DNA of 62,867 nucleotides, the filler included, from Lenisia limosa (lineage: Eukaryota; Protista; Breviatea), in assembly GCA_001655205.1 (NCBI GenBank). It is 18 parts of 18 records of this genome, joined end to end, with 100 filler letters (N's around TTAATTAATTAA, not from the genome) between each part and the next. Parts side by side here need not be neighbours in the genome. Positions count along the whole stretch, not along the records: positions 21,312 to 27,433 come from LPNZ01002899.1; positions 27,534 to 33,052 come from LPNZ01005819.1; positions 33,153 to 37,542 come from LPNZ01001049.1; 15 more parts are not named here. One strand, 5' to 3'. Shown one piece after another: positions 21,312 to 35,420 of the stretch. Under the pieces are notes generated by a model. That model saw nothing but the letters and a program-made list of their open reading frames with translations. It had not been told where the DNA came from and ran no database searches. Positions within the stretch are counted from its first letter, which is position 1, and each line of letters starts with the position of its first letter. Position numbers and translations under genes: made by a program.

Positions 21312-24300
21312 CACGCCACTTAGGCGCGGCGTCAGCCAGTGCGCGCGAGAGAGACGCGCGGCAATCGGCGGAGCAAGAATGGGCCGAGAAGCTCTGTGCC
21401 GGGCTGGATGAGCTGAGAAGAAGTCTGCAATCGGAAGCGGCAACAAAAGAAAAGGCAGGCGGAGTGAGGAAAATGGAGTGGAAATGATGGAGGGTAGGAA
21501 GCAATGTGACAACTAACTACCCTGTTTAGAAATTGGAAGCTTTGTATGATGGTGAAAAAAAGGTTCTCAACAGTCAAATCAGCGATTTAACCAAAGAAGT
21601 AAGCTCAATTTGGTGACCGTGATTGACAGCAAAATTCAATTTGTACTCAATTTAACCTCCTGCAAGCTTGAAGAAACAAAATTCCTCAAACAATCCCTTG
21701 TGAGCCAGCTGTCGTCCGAGAGGGAAAACTCAAAGAAGGCTCTAGAGAACCTTCAGAAGATTCAAAAAGAGGAGGTTGACCATTTAAATGGTTTGAAGGC
21801 GTGGGAATCAACGTTTTGAAAATCTCATAAATCACTTCATCAGTAAATATCGAGCTTCATTTGTTTTATTCACCCTCGTACATCTGATGACCCTCTTTAT
21901 TCACCCTCGTACATCTGATGATCCTCTTTCTGACGGTTTAGCGGAAGCTTTGATACTCAAGCAAGAGACTGAGCAGTTTAATGAGTCAAGGTAAGCTGAT
22001 GTCATTTGGAGGCTTTGTTATTATCTTATTTCTTCGGCATCGAATTATCTGTTGTCTTTATCCTTCAACGGTCATCCAGTTTGATTGACATTACCGTTCC
22101 AGTCTTCAAGCCGCACTCCAAAAGCAACAAAAAGATTCAGAAGAACTCCTCAATTCTAAACTACAGGTAATAATATATTCCACGATGATTATCTTCAAAG
22201 ATAGTATATTTCACGATGGTTGTCTTCAAAGATAAAAATTATGATGACAATGCTTGCACCCCTCTGTGCATTTCTCCCCCTAACTTATGATACCCTTTAG
22301 GCTCTGGAAGAATCTCACGCTCACACGGTTGAGCAACTTCAGCTTCAATCTGCTCTTGACAAGACGGAAATGACCAAGGTTTGAAGTCTTCACCAGTTGA
22401 CATCATTGTAACAATAATATCCATATATTATATTGGGCAAATAGCGTAGTACATGTTGCGATTATTTCTGGATATTATTACAACGTAGCTACAGTTAACA
22501 CCATGCAGTCTTTTGAGCAGGCTCGGAGCCAGGCGATTCGTGACGAAAACGCCAGGATCGCCCGCATTAAAGCTGAACTTGCTGATGAGTCTCTTGTGGG
22601 CCGGGGGGGGGGGGNNNNNNNNNNNNNNNNNNNNNNNNNNNNNNNNNNNNNNNNNNNNNNNNNNNNNNNNNNNNNNNNNNNNNNNNNNNNNNNNNNNNNN
22701 NNNNNNNNNNNNNNNNNNNACGCCTTGCAAGAAAAACACAGGTCAGACACCGCCATTCTTCAGTCCGCTCTTGACCAGTCTCGGGGGGTGGCGACTTCTT
22801 CAAAAGTGGGGGGGGGGTGCTGCTTTCTTTGGGAAGGGGAAGTTAACTTCCCTTATACTCTACCCAGGATTCCTATTAATTGTTTAGAAAGCTGAAAAAG
22901 AACTTACAGCCCAAGTTGAAAACCTTAAGTCCCAAATTAAAACTGTTTGTGTGGCTTATTACTCGAATAATCCCCGTTCGTTGAACAAGAGGCGTTGTTG
23001 ACATAACAAACTGGATGTAATCAACCCCGCAGAAAGATGGCGAAATTGAGAAGGCCGCCCAATCGGCTATATTTTTGAGGTGGGGGCGGGGATACGGGGG
23101 TTATCAAAATAGTATTTCCNNNNNNNNNNNNNNNNNNNNNNNNNNNNNNNNNNNNNNNNNNNNNNNNNNNNNNNNNNNNNNNNNNNNNNNNNNNNNNNNN
23201 NNNNNNNNNNNNNNNNNNNNNNNNNNNNNNNNNNNNNNNNNNNNNNNNNNNNNNNNNGCGCACGAGATGAGGCGTCCGCGCAACGAGCAGCTCTTCAGGC
23301 TCAAATGCTCTCCAAAATGCAGAAACTGCAAACGGTGGGTGGTTGCTTTTTGGGCTTTGGCTAGTTTCTTATCATTCTGCAGTGTCTCCCTTTAAAATTG
23401 TCTTCTTTTAATTATTACAGGAGCATGAAGTAGCTGTTGAACGTTTGAATGAACAAATGCAAAAACAAAGTGAACAGTAGGAGGGGTTACTGTGGTTACT
23501 TTATTTAGTGTCTTTTCATAGCATGCCTTTTTATAATAATGGAACGCTGCTTTGTTAACCTTTTGAAATGCTGGTTTCTTCATTTATTTGATTCTCCACA
23601 TACTAATGTTTTGGATAATTGAACAGGATTGAGCTTGGAATTGAGAAGTACCACAACAGGCCGTCCCGCGATGAAGACCTTCAGAGAATGGCTCTTTTGG
23701 AGGGGGCTCTGACTGAAAAGGAAAACGCGCTCATCAAGGCCAAAGTGAGGGGTGGGACTAATGGGAAGTTTCCTTTGTTTCGCAACAGACATGTTAACTC
23801 ACATCTACCCGTGTGATAATTGATCATCATGTCTTGATTGTCTCTTCTTGAGCTTACGATTACACCGTAGAATGACCTTCAATACTTCAAACTTGAGCTC
23901 GTAAATCGAGAAGAAAACTACAACAAAGTTGGGGGGGTTATGAATGGGTAGCTGTTTGGTTGTGGGTTACCAAAGGTTGACATTTCAGTTCAATTGACCG
24001 CTTTTTAGGTTTTCGGAAGGCAGCCAATAGTGGGGGTTATGGACGCTTCGGGTTCAATGAGCGTAAACTCCAAAAAAAAGGTGAGGCTGTTAAAAAAACA
24101 AGGTGCATACTTCTCCATGAATGGTCTATTCTGAGAAAACCCGACACCAAGGTCAAAGAGTTCACAATTGTGGTGGAAAGAGAATTTGACGTCTCACCAT
24201 TCAGGCCTCGACCAGTGCAGTGTTTCCACCCTTGTCAACGCGGAGTTCAGGTTCGTGGGACCTCAAATCAATAGGTGTTACTGGTAAAGAAAACAAAGAA

Positions 24301-24644
24301 TTATCTAATCGACTTCTATAGGTGCCACTAATAAATTGAACCTAGTATATACTCTATAGTATGATTTAATATTCAGTTTTCCCTTTGATAAATTATTAAC
24401 TACCTTGTGACATTGTAGTGTCCACATCTTCTCGAAGTCTCTCAGCTACGTCCAGAGCCTCTTTCAAAGGTAAGGGGGGGCTCTTTTAATGGTAAAGGAG
24501 GTGTAAAAGCCTTTTAAAAGGTGCGACGGAAGGCCAGTAGGCTATTCTGATTTAACACTTCACCAACGCAACATTTCATTTTCCAGACTCGGGAGTTGCG
24601 TCTCAAGGAAGAATTCCCTCAGCTGGCAGAACCAGAAAATGAGC
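21312..24644 (+). CDS. FAM184: FAM184-family long coiled-coil protein, 5'-partial multi-exon
   Basis: C-terminal exons IEKYHNRPSRDEDLQRMALLEGALTEKENALIKAK..FQYFKLELVNREENYNKVFGRQPIVGVMD match the FAM184A pattern (YxNRxSRxEDL...YQLELVNRExNFNKVF..PxVGV). Confidence 0.8.
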
Positions 24645-25011
24645 GTCACCTGCTGCTTTGCAACTGATCTTGTAATCCAATAGTGCCCATGTCTGATTAC
24701 TGTTTCGGGATTATTTATTTAATATTCTTCAAAGTAAAAGTTGGGGTAATAACTGTAGCTCAGTTAGTATTCCTTTTCTTTGAGAGTATGAAAAACTGTA
24801 AAGTCAAGGAATACAAGAAAAATACATAAGAATGCCCTAAACGTAGTGTATCCACTGTTACACAATGAGACCGGGTATAAAAAGTAAAAAAATCGTATAC
24901 TATATGTATGCTAGATGACATAGTATCATATAATAAGTCCTTTAAGCCAGCCTTTCTAACCCCCTTTATTGACATGCAGGATTTTTTTAGATTCCCCAAA
25001 TGCCTCTAATC

Positions 25012-25108
25012 TAAGACTTCACTTCAGTTCGAAAAATGGTACAATATCGACAGTTTTCGAGGATATTTCGAGAAATTCAGTCTTATTTTGAACCGAAATG
25101 AAGCCTTA
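25012..25108. mobile_element. hAT-type MITE copy (intergenic)
   Basis: taagacttcacttcagttcgaaaa...ttttgaaccgaaatgaagcctta; flanks 5/8. Confidence 0.75.
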
Positions 25109-25259
25109 CTGATATCGTTAACATTTCAATCTTCTTGTACGAAACAGAACAACTCATGACCTAATTACAGTAGATAACTAGACTGGAGCAGAAACCTAAA
25201 TAAATAAGTCGCCAACAAAGCAAGATGCGTGAAAGACACTGCCCACCCTACATTACTTC

Positions 25260-27433
<2,174 letters not shown>

Positions 27434-27543
27434 NNNNNNNNNNNNNNNNNNNNNNNNNNNNNNNNNNNNNNNNNNNNTTAATTAATTAANNNNNNNNNNN
27501 NNNNNNNNNNNNNNNNNNNNNNNNNNNNNNNNNTTGGCCAGTC

Positions 27544-30500
27544 GTGCTTCCAGGAGCAACATTCCACGCCTCGCCTGTGGTGTACGACGTCAACGGAGAC
27601 GGTGTAATGGAGACGGTGGTGGTCACACACGACGGCTCGGTTCTGTCTCTAACGTGGGGGAGGGCTGTGCTATATTCGAAATATAGTGTATTAAATGTAG
27701 GGCTTCACCCCATACACATACATATGATAAACAATAAAGAAAATCACGTTCCTAGAAATGCTGGGCAAGTTCTCAAGGAGTACACAATGAAAATCCCGCC
27801 TCTCCGTGTCGCCATGGATTGGTACGTAAAACAACAGGAAAAGAGCACGAACGTCCATTCCCCCCAGGAAGCCCCAGTTGAAAATGGTTTGAGATTTCCG
27901 TGATTTGGAGTTCAGACTAATATTTTCAATAATCTCTTACTGATTGTTTTTTATGTTTGAGTGATGGGATGAGGTGCTGCAGAAACGGCTGGCCTGGGCT
28001 TTGTTTGGAGTGATGAGATACAGTGTTGNNNNNNNNNNNNNNNNNNNNNNNNNNNNNNNNNNNNNNNNNNNNNNNNNNNNNNNNNNNNNNNNNNNNNNNN
28101 NNNNNNNNNNNNNNNNNNNNNNNNNNNAATTTTCCAATACACCCCTCTCATTCTTTCAGCCAGTCCAGGCTCCCGTAAACTAATGTCTGTTAATGACCAA
28201 AAGAAAGGTGGGCAGAAGGTCTTCCTTTCCTCTTTTCTTTTTCTCTCATTTCTCAAACAACAAAATAAACTCATTATCCTGTACTACGGTGCATCGACTT
28301 GGGATTCTTGTGATACAGTTGGAGTTCAAACCGAAGAAATTTTTGGGATTCCCAAATAATACAAGGGAATCCCAAGTCGATGCGCCGCAGTGTAGTAACA
28401 AAGATTATGTACAGCCAAAGCTCCAGGCATCATTCAAAACTACCGGACACATCAAAACTCCCGGACAGCTTGAGTTTTCCATTTAAAATCATCATCAACC
28501 CTATTTCCCTTTTGTTTTCGAAAGTATTTTCAATCTTAATCAAAGGATGAAACTCCTATTTCATATATTGTTGGGTCAAAACCAAATTAAGAGCCTAAGC
28601 TCTGTGGTTATGGCCCAAAGACTGTCAAAAACACAAAAAAACTGTAATAAATAGCCACATATGATATACAAGAAATAAATGGCAACTATCCGGGAAAGTT
28701 TACCCTTGCAGACAGTGCTATTTTGAGCATTTTTCTCTCTCTATGTATCTGTCGAAGCAGTTTTAAAAAAACACTAACATTGGCCTCTACAAAGTGTCAA
28801 CTTCAAGCTATCCGGGAGTTTTGAGGTGTCCGGTGAATTTTGGATTATGTCCGGAGCTTTGAGGACCCGTATAATAAGTATTATTAGACCAGGTACAGAA
28901 ATATATTGCTCAGTCAATAACTATTACTTTCCAGTTACGCTCGGGTAAGATCCCTTTTGTCCTTTGACGAAGCCAGTTTTGGGAACTTCATTGACCTCTT
29001 TAGGGGGAGGGCTGTTCAATAGCATTCAAGGAAGGCTGACCGAGGAAGCAAAAGAAAGTCTCGAGGTTTGTTTTTTTTTTTGAGCGGGGGGGCATAGTAC
29101 ATAAATATTTTGACCGATTTGCTCTGTGATTTCCCACGGAAATTAGGTCAAGACTTATCCCGGTCACTGTATGTAGATACATCCCCATACTACTATACTC
29201 TTGCATTCCCCTTTGGAATAACATTCCTGCGTTTACCTCCCCCCCCCCCCNNNNNNNNNNNNNNNNNNNNNNNNNNNNNNNNNNNNNNNNNNNNNNNNNN
29301 NNNNNNNNNNNNNNNNNNNNNNNNNNNNNNNNNNNNNNNNNNNNNNNNNNNNNNNNNNNNNNNNNNNNNNNNNCCTGATGATTTCACTGCGACTTTGGGT
29401 GCCCCGGAAGAGGACCCCTTTTTCTCGCGTTCTTATATCAAGTAGGGGGATATTACTTGAATCAAATAATATAGTAAATTATGTATTATTTATATCACAC
29501 TGTTTTTTATCATAGCTATACATATGATATAATAATATGATTTTAGTATTATATCATAGTATTTATGTAAACATAGTTATATGATGTAGTATAGTATCAT
29601 ATTTCATCAGGTTGATGAAGGCAATGTATAAATAAAAAACAGTTATGTGTAGGAGGAGGGGGGGATTAATTGTCGCTTCCGTGGTAATTATTTTTCGACA
29701 ATAATTTACTCGTATTTGTGTTCAGCGGAGCTAAAGCATCACTTCGGTTCAAAAAAGTCCGGTAAAATATTGATAGTTTTCAAGAATTTATCCAATTTAG
29801 TCTTTTTTTTTTTTCTCGAACGGAATTGAAGCCCTATGTCGAGCCCACTACGCGATAAAATGCAAATTATGTCGACCCTTATCTTACTTCCTTCAGTTAC
29901 ATCAAGAGCTTTCCTTTCCACCTCCAGCCTCCTCACCCTTACCCGGAAATTGCCAACGGTATGAGGGTAAAGAGACTCAGGGCCAGACCAGGATACTTAA
30001 GTCGGATTTTTGGGCCTTAAATCGGATTTTGGTCCGGGCCAGGTAGGAGTACAGCTTCCTAATCCATGTTCATACCCCCCTCTTTTTTTTTCATTCATTT
30101 CTACACTTATCTGACACACTAGGTCTTAATGTGGACAAGTTCCTGGCCGATCACCTCTGGGTAGACAGCCACGTTATTGCCACGCCAATTCTTGCTGACA
30201 TTGATGGCGATGGTGACTCGGAGCTGATTGTCCCCGTTACCTACTATTTTGACTTGTTTGGGGGAGGGGGGGTAGTGCTCATTTATATTTTGACTTCAAT
30301 ACTGGGAGGCACGCAGAAAGCTGTGCACAGAGTTGTAAAGCAAATGACTGGGGGAATTAATATTATTATACTATAATTCAATATCTCTGATAAGCGTGAT
30401 GGTGTGGGCAGCCATTGGTACATATTTTGACTTTTTGGTATCTGGGTTAACCCCTAAAAGTACCTAGGGTTTCACTTTAGTTCAAAAAAAGACTAAATTT

Positions 30501-30970
30501 CTCGACAAATCCTCGAAAACTATCGATATTTTACCGGTGTTTTTCTTTTCTGAGTTAAACCATAAAAGTACCCCAAAAAAGCTCCACCCACCCCCTTCCT
30601 ATTGAGAAAGTCGGTCATTTTTTTTGTAAATCTTCACTCCCGGTTCCTGTTCACCAAAACTCTAACCGAAAGTGATCCTTTATTTTTTTGTGTCGAAGAG
30701 AACGCTAATTACTGGAGGGAAGTACATAAAATTTTGAGGGGGGGGGTATTAAGGATTAATTACTATCTGTATATGGGGGTACTTGCGGTTCTCTATTTCT
30801 CGAAAAATCCTCAAAAACTATCAAAGAAAATAAATTTGGACCATTTTTACTGGAAAGAGGCAATTTCTTCTGAGAATGTATGTACATTGACTCGTTTTTT
30901 TTGTTGTTGTTTTTTTTTTTTTTGATACTATATATTTACTTTGCAGAGATCAGTACAATGACCCCAATTC
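27544..30970 (+). CDS. DEX1: DEX1-like FG-GAP repeat protein (Defective in Exine Formation 1 family), partial
   Basis: ATFHASPVVYDVNGDGVMETVVVTHDG, KIPPLRVAMDWY, and VDSHVIATPILADIDGDGDSELIVPVTYYFD|LDQYNDPN parallel, in order, the recalled plant DEX1 motifs (HSSPLLYDIDKDG; PRxKVxKxW; DAHILCTPVIADIDxDG..VAVSYFFD). Confidence 0.72.
27958..28160 (+). repeat. Intron-3'-end repeat family copy (gap inside), ending at the acceptor AG
   Basis: gagtgatgggatgaggtgctgcagaaacggctggcctgggctttg...[N]...aattttccaatacacccctctcattctttcag. Confidence 0.8.
28284..28392. mobile_element. Short hairpin element with about 25-bp terminal inverted repeats
   Basis: gcatcgacttgggattc (about 28291-28307) and its exact reverse complement gaatcccaagtcgatgc (about 28366-28382). 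Confidence 0.6.
28412..28869. mobile_element. About 460-bp MITE with about 60-bp TIRs and TA flanks
   Basis: Left caaagctccaggcatcattcaaaactaccggacacatcaaaactcccggacagcttga is closely matched by the reverse complement of 28801-28861; TA dinucleotides flank both ends. Confidence 0.75.
29732..29836. mobile_element. hAT-type MITE copy
   Basis: taaagcatcacttcggttcaaaaaa...ctcgaacggaattgaagcccta. Confidence 0.75.
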
Positions 30971-31429
30971 NNNNNNNNNNNNNNNNNNNNNNNNNNNNNN
31001 NNNNNNNNNNNNNTGTGCGTGGGGTCTGTTAAAATATTATTAGTTGGCAATTAATTGCATTTAAGCATTGTTTTTATTGTAGTTTTCAATACCTTTAAGA
31101 ATCGTTCGTTTTGGTCTTACCAGCTTTGGCCAGCTATTTTCCTCATTTCTACAACATAAAGTAGCTTACCGATAGTATTTCTTGGGTGCAAAAGACAATT
31201 TTCTCTCATCTGAATTCAACTTCTTTTTTTTTCTGTTATTAATTACAAGGTCCATGATGCCAAAATCACTTTTAACATGATCGGGTGGGTGGTGAGGTTG
31301 CCCGTTAAGTCACAAGTAACATGTTTTTGAATTTGAAAGGACAAGAATTGTATTTATCGAAAAACATTCAGTAAATTGTTGGATTTTCAAAGTCAAGATC
31401 GGTAGTTAAACATGTTCGCAGTTTTCTAA

Positions 31430-31512
31430 GACAATTTGGCCGAGTTGGTCTAAGGCGTCACGTTAAGGTCGTGATCTCTCCGGAGGCGTGAGTTCGAATC
31501 TCACAGTTGTCA
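31430..31512 (+). tRNA. tRNA-Leu (AAG), intronless
   Basis: Acceptor stem GACAATT/AGTTGTC plus discriminator A; D arm TGGCCGAGTTGGTCTAAGGC; anticodon arm TCACG-TTAAGGT-CGTGA (AAG); long variable arm; T arm GTGAG-TTCGAAT-CTCAC; oligo-T Pol III terminator immediately downstream. Confidence 0.96.
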
Positions 31513-33431
31513 TATTTTTTTTCTTGTTTTTTTTTCTGCTTTTGTTTTTTCCTGTTTGCGATTTCTTTTTCATTTATACGTCACTCTCGGGAAATGTTTT
31601 ACCACCATACACCAGCCAATTTTTTGAAGACACCAATACAACCAATATCTACAAACTGGACAAATTCACACGGAATTGTCTTCGCAATGCAACCAACAAC
31701 TTAACTGGAACGTACCCATCAGAAGCGGAGGTGATTGTAGGAAACCCGACCTCTTGACAGGTAAGCTCGATTGCCTTGCAGACCTGGGGAGAGAGATAAC
31801 TGAAATAATGAAAGAACTGCCAATTGACATGGTGAAAAGCATACCAAATCAAGAACTTGTATCTTATATGCAGATGATATCATATACTTTTATCCAATAT
31901 CTCTTTTAAGCGTGATGGTGCGGATGGCCAGAAACAACCTTATTTTTTATTTCTCATGCTATATATATATATGATATAGGTGTATATATATATCCATTCA
32001 GTACCGGAGCGTAGATATCCTTCTTTCTCTTCATTTCTTCAACCACTCTCTTCCTTAAAATCATTGCTTTTTCTGTGTTAATCATTTATGTATTCATTGA
32101 AATCAAACCAAACCATGAGGTACGCCTTAAAGAGACATTGGCCATCTCGTTGAATGCGTAAAACAATTAAGTCTTGTACCTTGGCTAAGGCCCAATTTCC
32201 TCCGTACCAAAATTAATGAAAATGAAATGCAAATGTAGGGTAGGTGGTAGAATATGTTTATACATTTATAAAACGTCAACTCCAACTCCACCCCAACCAT
32301 TACCAACCATGTCAAGTTTGACTTTGGTTTGAAAGTTAAGCGTCGATTCAGCGTAGAGTGCCTTGACTTGAAGGACTTACTCCTGGTCACTTTGGCTGAG
32401 AAAGTTGTCATATCTCTTCTTCCAATTTCCCTAGTGCAGGAAGGTGGCGATTACGCTCGCTGCCGTGCCAGTAGGGCTTCACTTCGGTTTGAAAAAAACC
32501 AGTCGGCCGATGCGAAAAGGGAGTATTGCAGGATTTGAGCAAGACGTTATCAACAAAATAATATTTCACTGTAAAACCAAAAAGGATTCCGAATGCCAAG
32601 AAGAATCAGAGGTACAGCTAAAAAGTAAATTGTGACATGTAAAGACATATCTCTGGTGACAGATGGACGTTATGGCCATCCGTCATTTCCAAACACGCAT
32701 TTGATGGACGACTTGAAAGTTCAACTGATTTCCTCCGTTGGGCTTCTCTGATCTTTTACTAAAATGAATGGGTGAAGTCAGTCAGTTGAGGTTACGGGTA
32801 GGGCTTCGCTTCGGTTCGAAAAAACCCAGGAAAATCTCGATATTTATCGAGGATTTATCTAGAAATTCAGACATTGTGTAACTAGTAATGTGGTAAAGAG
32901 CACGGCCGGTAGATATGTTATTAAAAAAACCTAGGTATACGCCACGATTCAAAGTAACACCAGCAATACACCGTAACACACATAACAGCAGCCAAATACT
33001 GAACCAGTCGTGCTGAGTGCTGGTGTAACATTTCCTGGGAGTCCTCCCCCCCNNNNNNNNNNNNNNNNNNNNNNNNNNNNNNNNNNNNNNNNNNNNTTAA
33101 TTAATTAANNNNNNNNNNNNNNNNNNNNNNNNNNNNNNNNNNNNNNNNNNNNGTAGCGAATCCGAGAATTGAACCTACGAAGTTTCGCCGACAGTCAATG
33201 AGGTGTGCCACTAGAACAAAAATCGTTTAGAAAGGAAATCGGAGCACGATAGCCACACATTAAAGGCAAAAGTTCAGTTCAGTTCCGTTCCATGAATTGA
33301 CATAAAAAAAAAAATTTAACTCTGTGGTATGGCTTTATTTTGCTGTTTAAATTGTAAAATTTGGTGTTTATAGGGGTTATTTATCGTTAAGTTTTATGTC
33401 TACACTTACTTGCTATAAAATAGTGTAATCA

Positions 33432-33483
33432 AAATTCGCACTCAGGTTGAAATTCGCACTCAGGTTGGAATTCGCACTCAGGG
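33432..33483. repeat. 18-bp tandem repeat (aaattcgcactcaggttg) x3
   Basis: Three near-identical head-to-tail units with no spacers. Confidence 0.8.
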
Positions 33484-34731
33484 GGGTCGCCTTATAGCTA
33501 TATATATCATATATATTATATAATATATATGATATACATCATATATTTATTTTCCAACAAGAAATACTGTTTTTTCAAAGTATGTTAATATATTGAACCC
33601 CCGACTACCTCCATACCCCATTTATATATTTGAGGTCTCTGGGGAGACCCCCTATGGGAAAACTAATATATACATAGTAAAAAAATATATATTTGACGAC
33701 TACCCTGATGTCTAATGCACTAACGGAATCAAAATACAGAAAAAGTTTCATCACCCCCATCAACATCTCATCACCGTTTGACATTTGCTTCAGGTTTACA
33801 ACACAAATGACAATTTTCTGACACCATGCGCTGCGAATTCTGCAGTTTGTGTCTTATCAGAGGTAAAGTGATTACAGCAGTTGTTTTAGTTTCACTGATT
33901 TGTTTGAATTATAAACTGTAGACTAACTGGAACCGCACAACTTTGGAATTGGTTCTTGATCTAAGCTTTATTGATGGTATGGTATTATTTATGGCTTTAC
34001 TCTTCCAGAACTTGAACTCATTGTTTTCCCAAGTCATGTTAATGAGCCATCAAGTGTTCCACTGTCAACTGTAGACTTTGATTACACCTGTTCGGACAAC
34101 CGTCCATCTTTCAAGTAAATAAATCAAAACTTTCACAATTTAGTTGTTTAGGTTGTTCCCCAGGCTATCGCAAACTTGGAGAACTCTGTCAAGGTATGTA
34201 GCAACTTGCCCAAACTTGCTCAAAATGTTGCAGCAATGGAAACTATGACACAGGACTAACAACAAAAATTGTTGATTCCGTCACAAAACGATAAAAATGT
34301 TGTTCATCATATTTAGCAATCACCTGCAAAACCATCCCCATACACACGACTTACCGAATAATCTGTAACGGTGATGCACTGCCCACCCCCCTGACTCCTT
34401 GTTCAATTCAGGTTTTCAATCGGATTTGTTTTGTTGTCATGAATGTTTCTCTTCTCTAGTCATAAGTTATTATTAGATATGATGTATATTATATGTAATA
34501 TACTATGCAATAATTGAGACTTTAAGTGAAAATACTGTATGTTTTCAGAAACTTGGGATTATTTCACAGATCATATGCTCAATTATTTAGACCTCAAGCC
34601 CTTCGATTTTTGACAACATTGAAATTCGATGTGATAGTGATGGTTCATGGCCTGTCTACGTACTACCAAAATGACACTTGCAAATAGAGTGTTGATGTAA
34701 TTAATATGGTTTTGATACTAGTATTATTTAG

Positions 34732-35420
34732 ATGTTTGATGTTTTTTGCATTGTTTATACACCTTACAATTTAGTTTTGGTCCATGCAAAGATTGTGATT
34801 TCTTTTTACAAATCTTGTATATTGACAGCTGTTTTTAGTAGGTGCATTTCAAGAAATGATATTAGTGAATTTCTGTTTGAATTTAGGGAAATTATAAATA
34901 ACATCAAGTGTCAAATACATAAAACGAAGACTAAATTGACAAGCTACAACTTTATCAAACACAAACTTCTAAATGTGTACGGTAAAAGTCAATTCAGAGT
35001 GTACCACACCAAGAGATTTCATATCATATTGGATCATTTACGTGTGCGCAGATATGATACCGCATATCCACTCATATATAATTGACCAACAAGTCTCAAT
35101 GATACTCTGATACAATTAGAATGCGCTTCTTTGGTACTTTCACACAATGAAGGTGATGTAGAGAAGATTAAAAAGGATGATGAAAAGAATAATTACTGGT
35201 AACACTGTCAGGTATGGCGACTTCTCATCGTTTCGGGCCTCAACAAAACTGTTGACGATAGTCCAAAAAGAAGAGTCAATAAACTTGATTATTGAGGGAG
35301 GGTTTATTACCTTGGTGGAGTGTAAACTAAAGTCTAAAGTAGATGAATTTCATTGGTTTGGGGTATCTATTTTGGACAAAACTGTCGATCCCCCACAACT
35401 TTATCAAAAATACAATTGAT
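34732..35420 (+). pseudogene. Possible decayed DNA-transposon ORF (CACTA/Plavaka-like)
   Basis: Intronless, AT-rich, stop-interrupted ORF. KRFHIILDHLRVRRYD loosely resembles the KFHxLxHLxxxIRRFG motif. Weak. Confidence 0.3.

Noticed and set aside
31590-31909. Short ORFs faintly resembling a Tc1 transposase C-terminus
   Set aside because: No catalytic motif (e.g. SPDLNPIE) and no TIRs were found; evidence is insufficient.
33432-33483. CRISPR-like array (also considered 10312-10341 and 39575-39700)
   Set aside because: Units are head-to-tail without unique spacers, the context is eukaryotic, and no cas genes are present; these are minisatellites.
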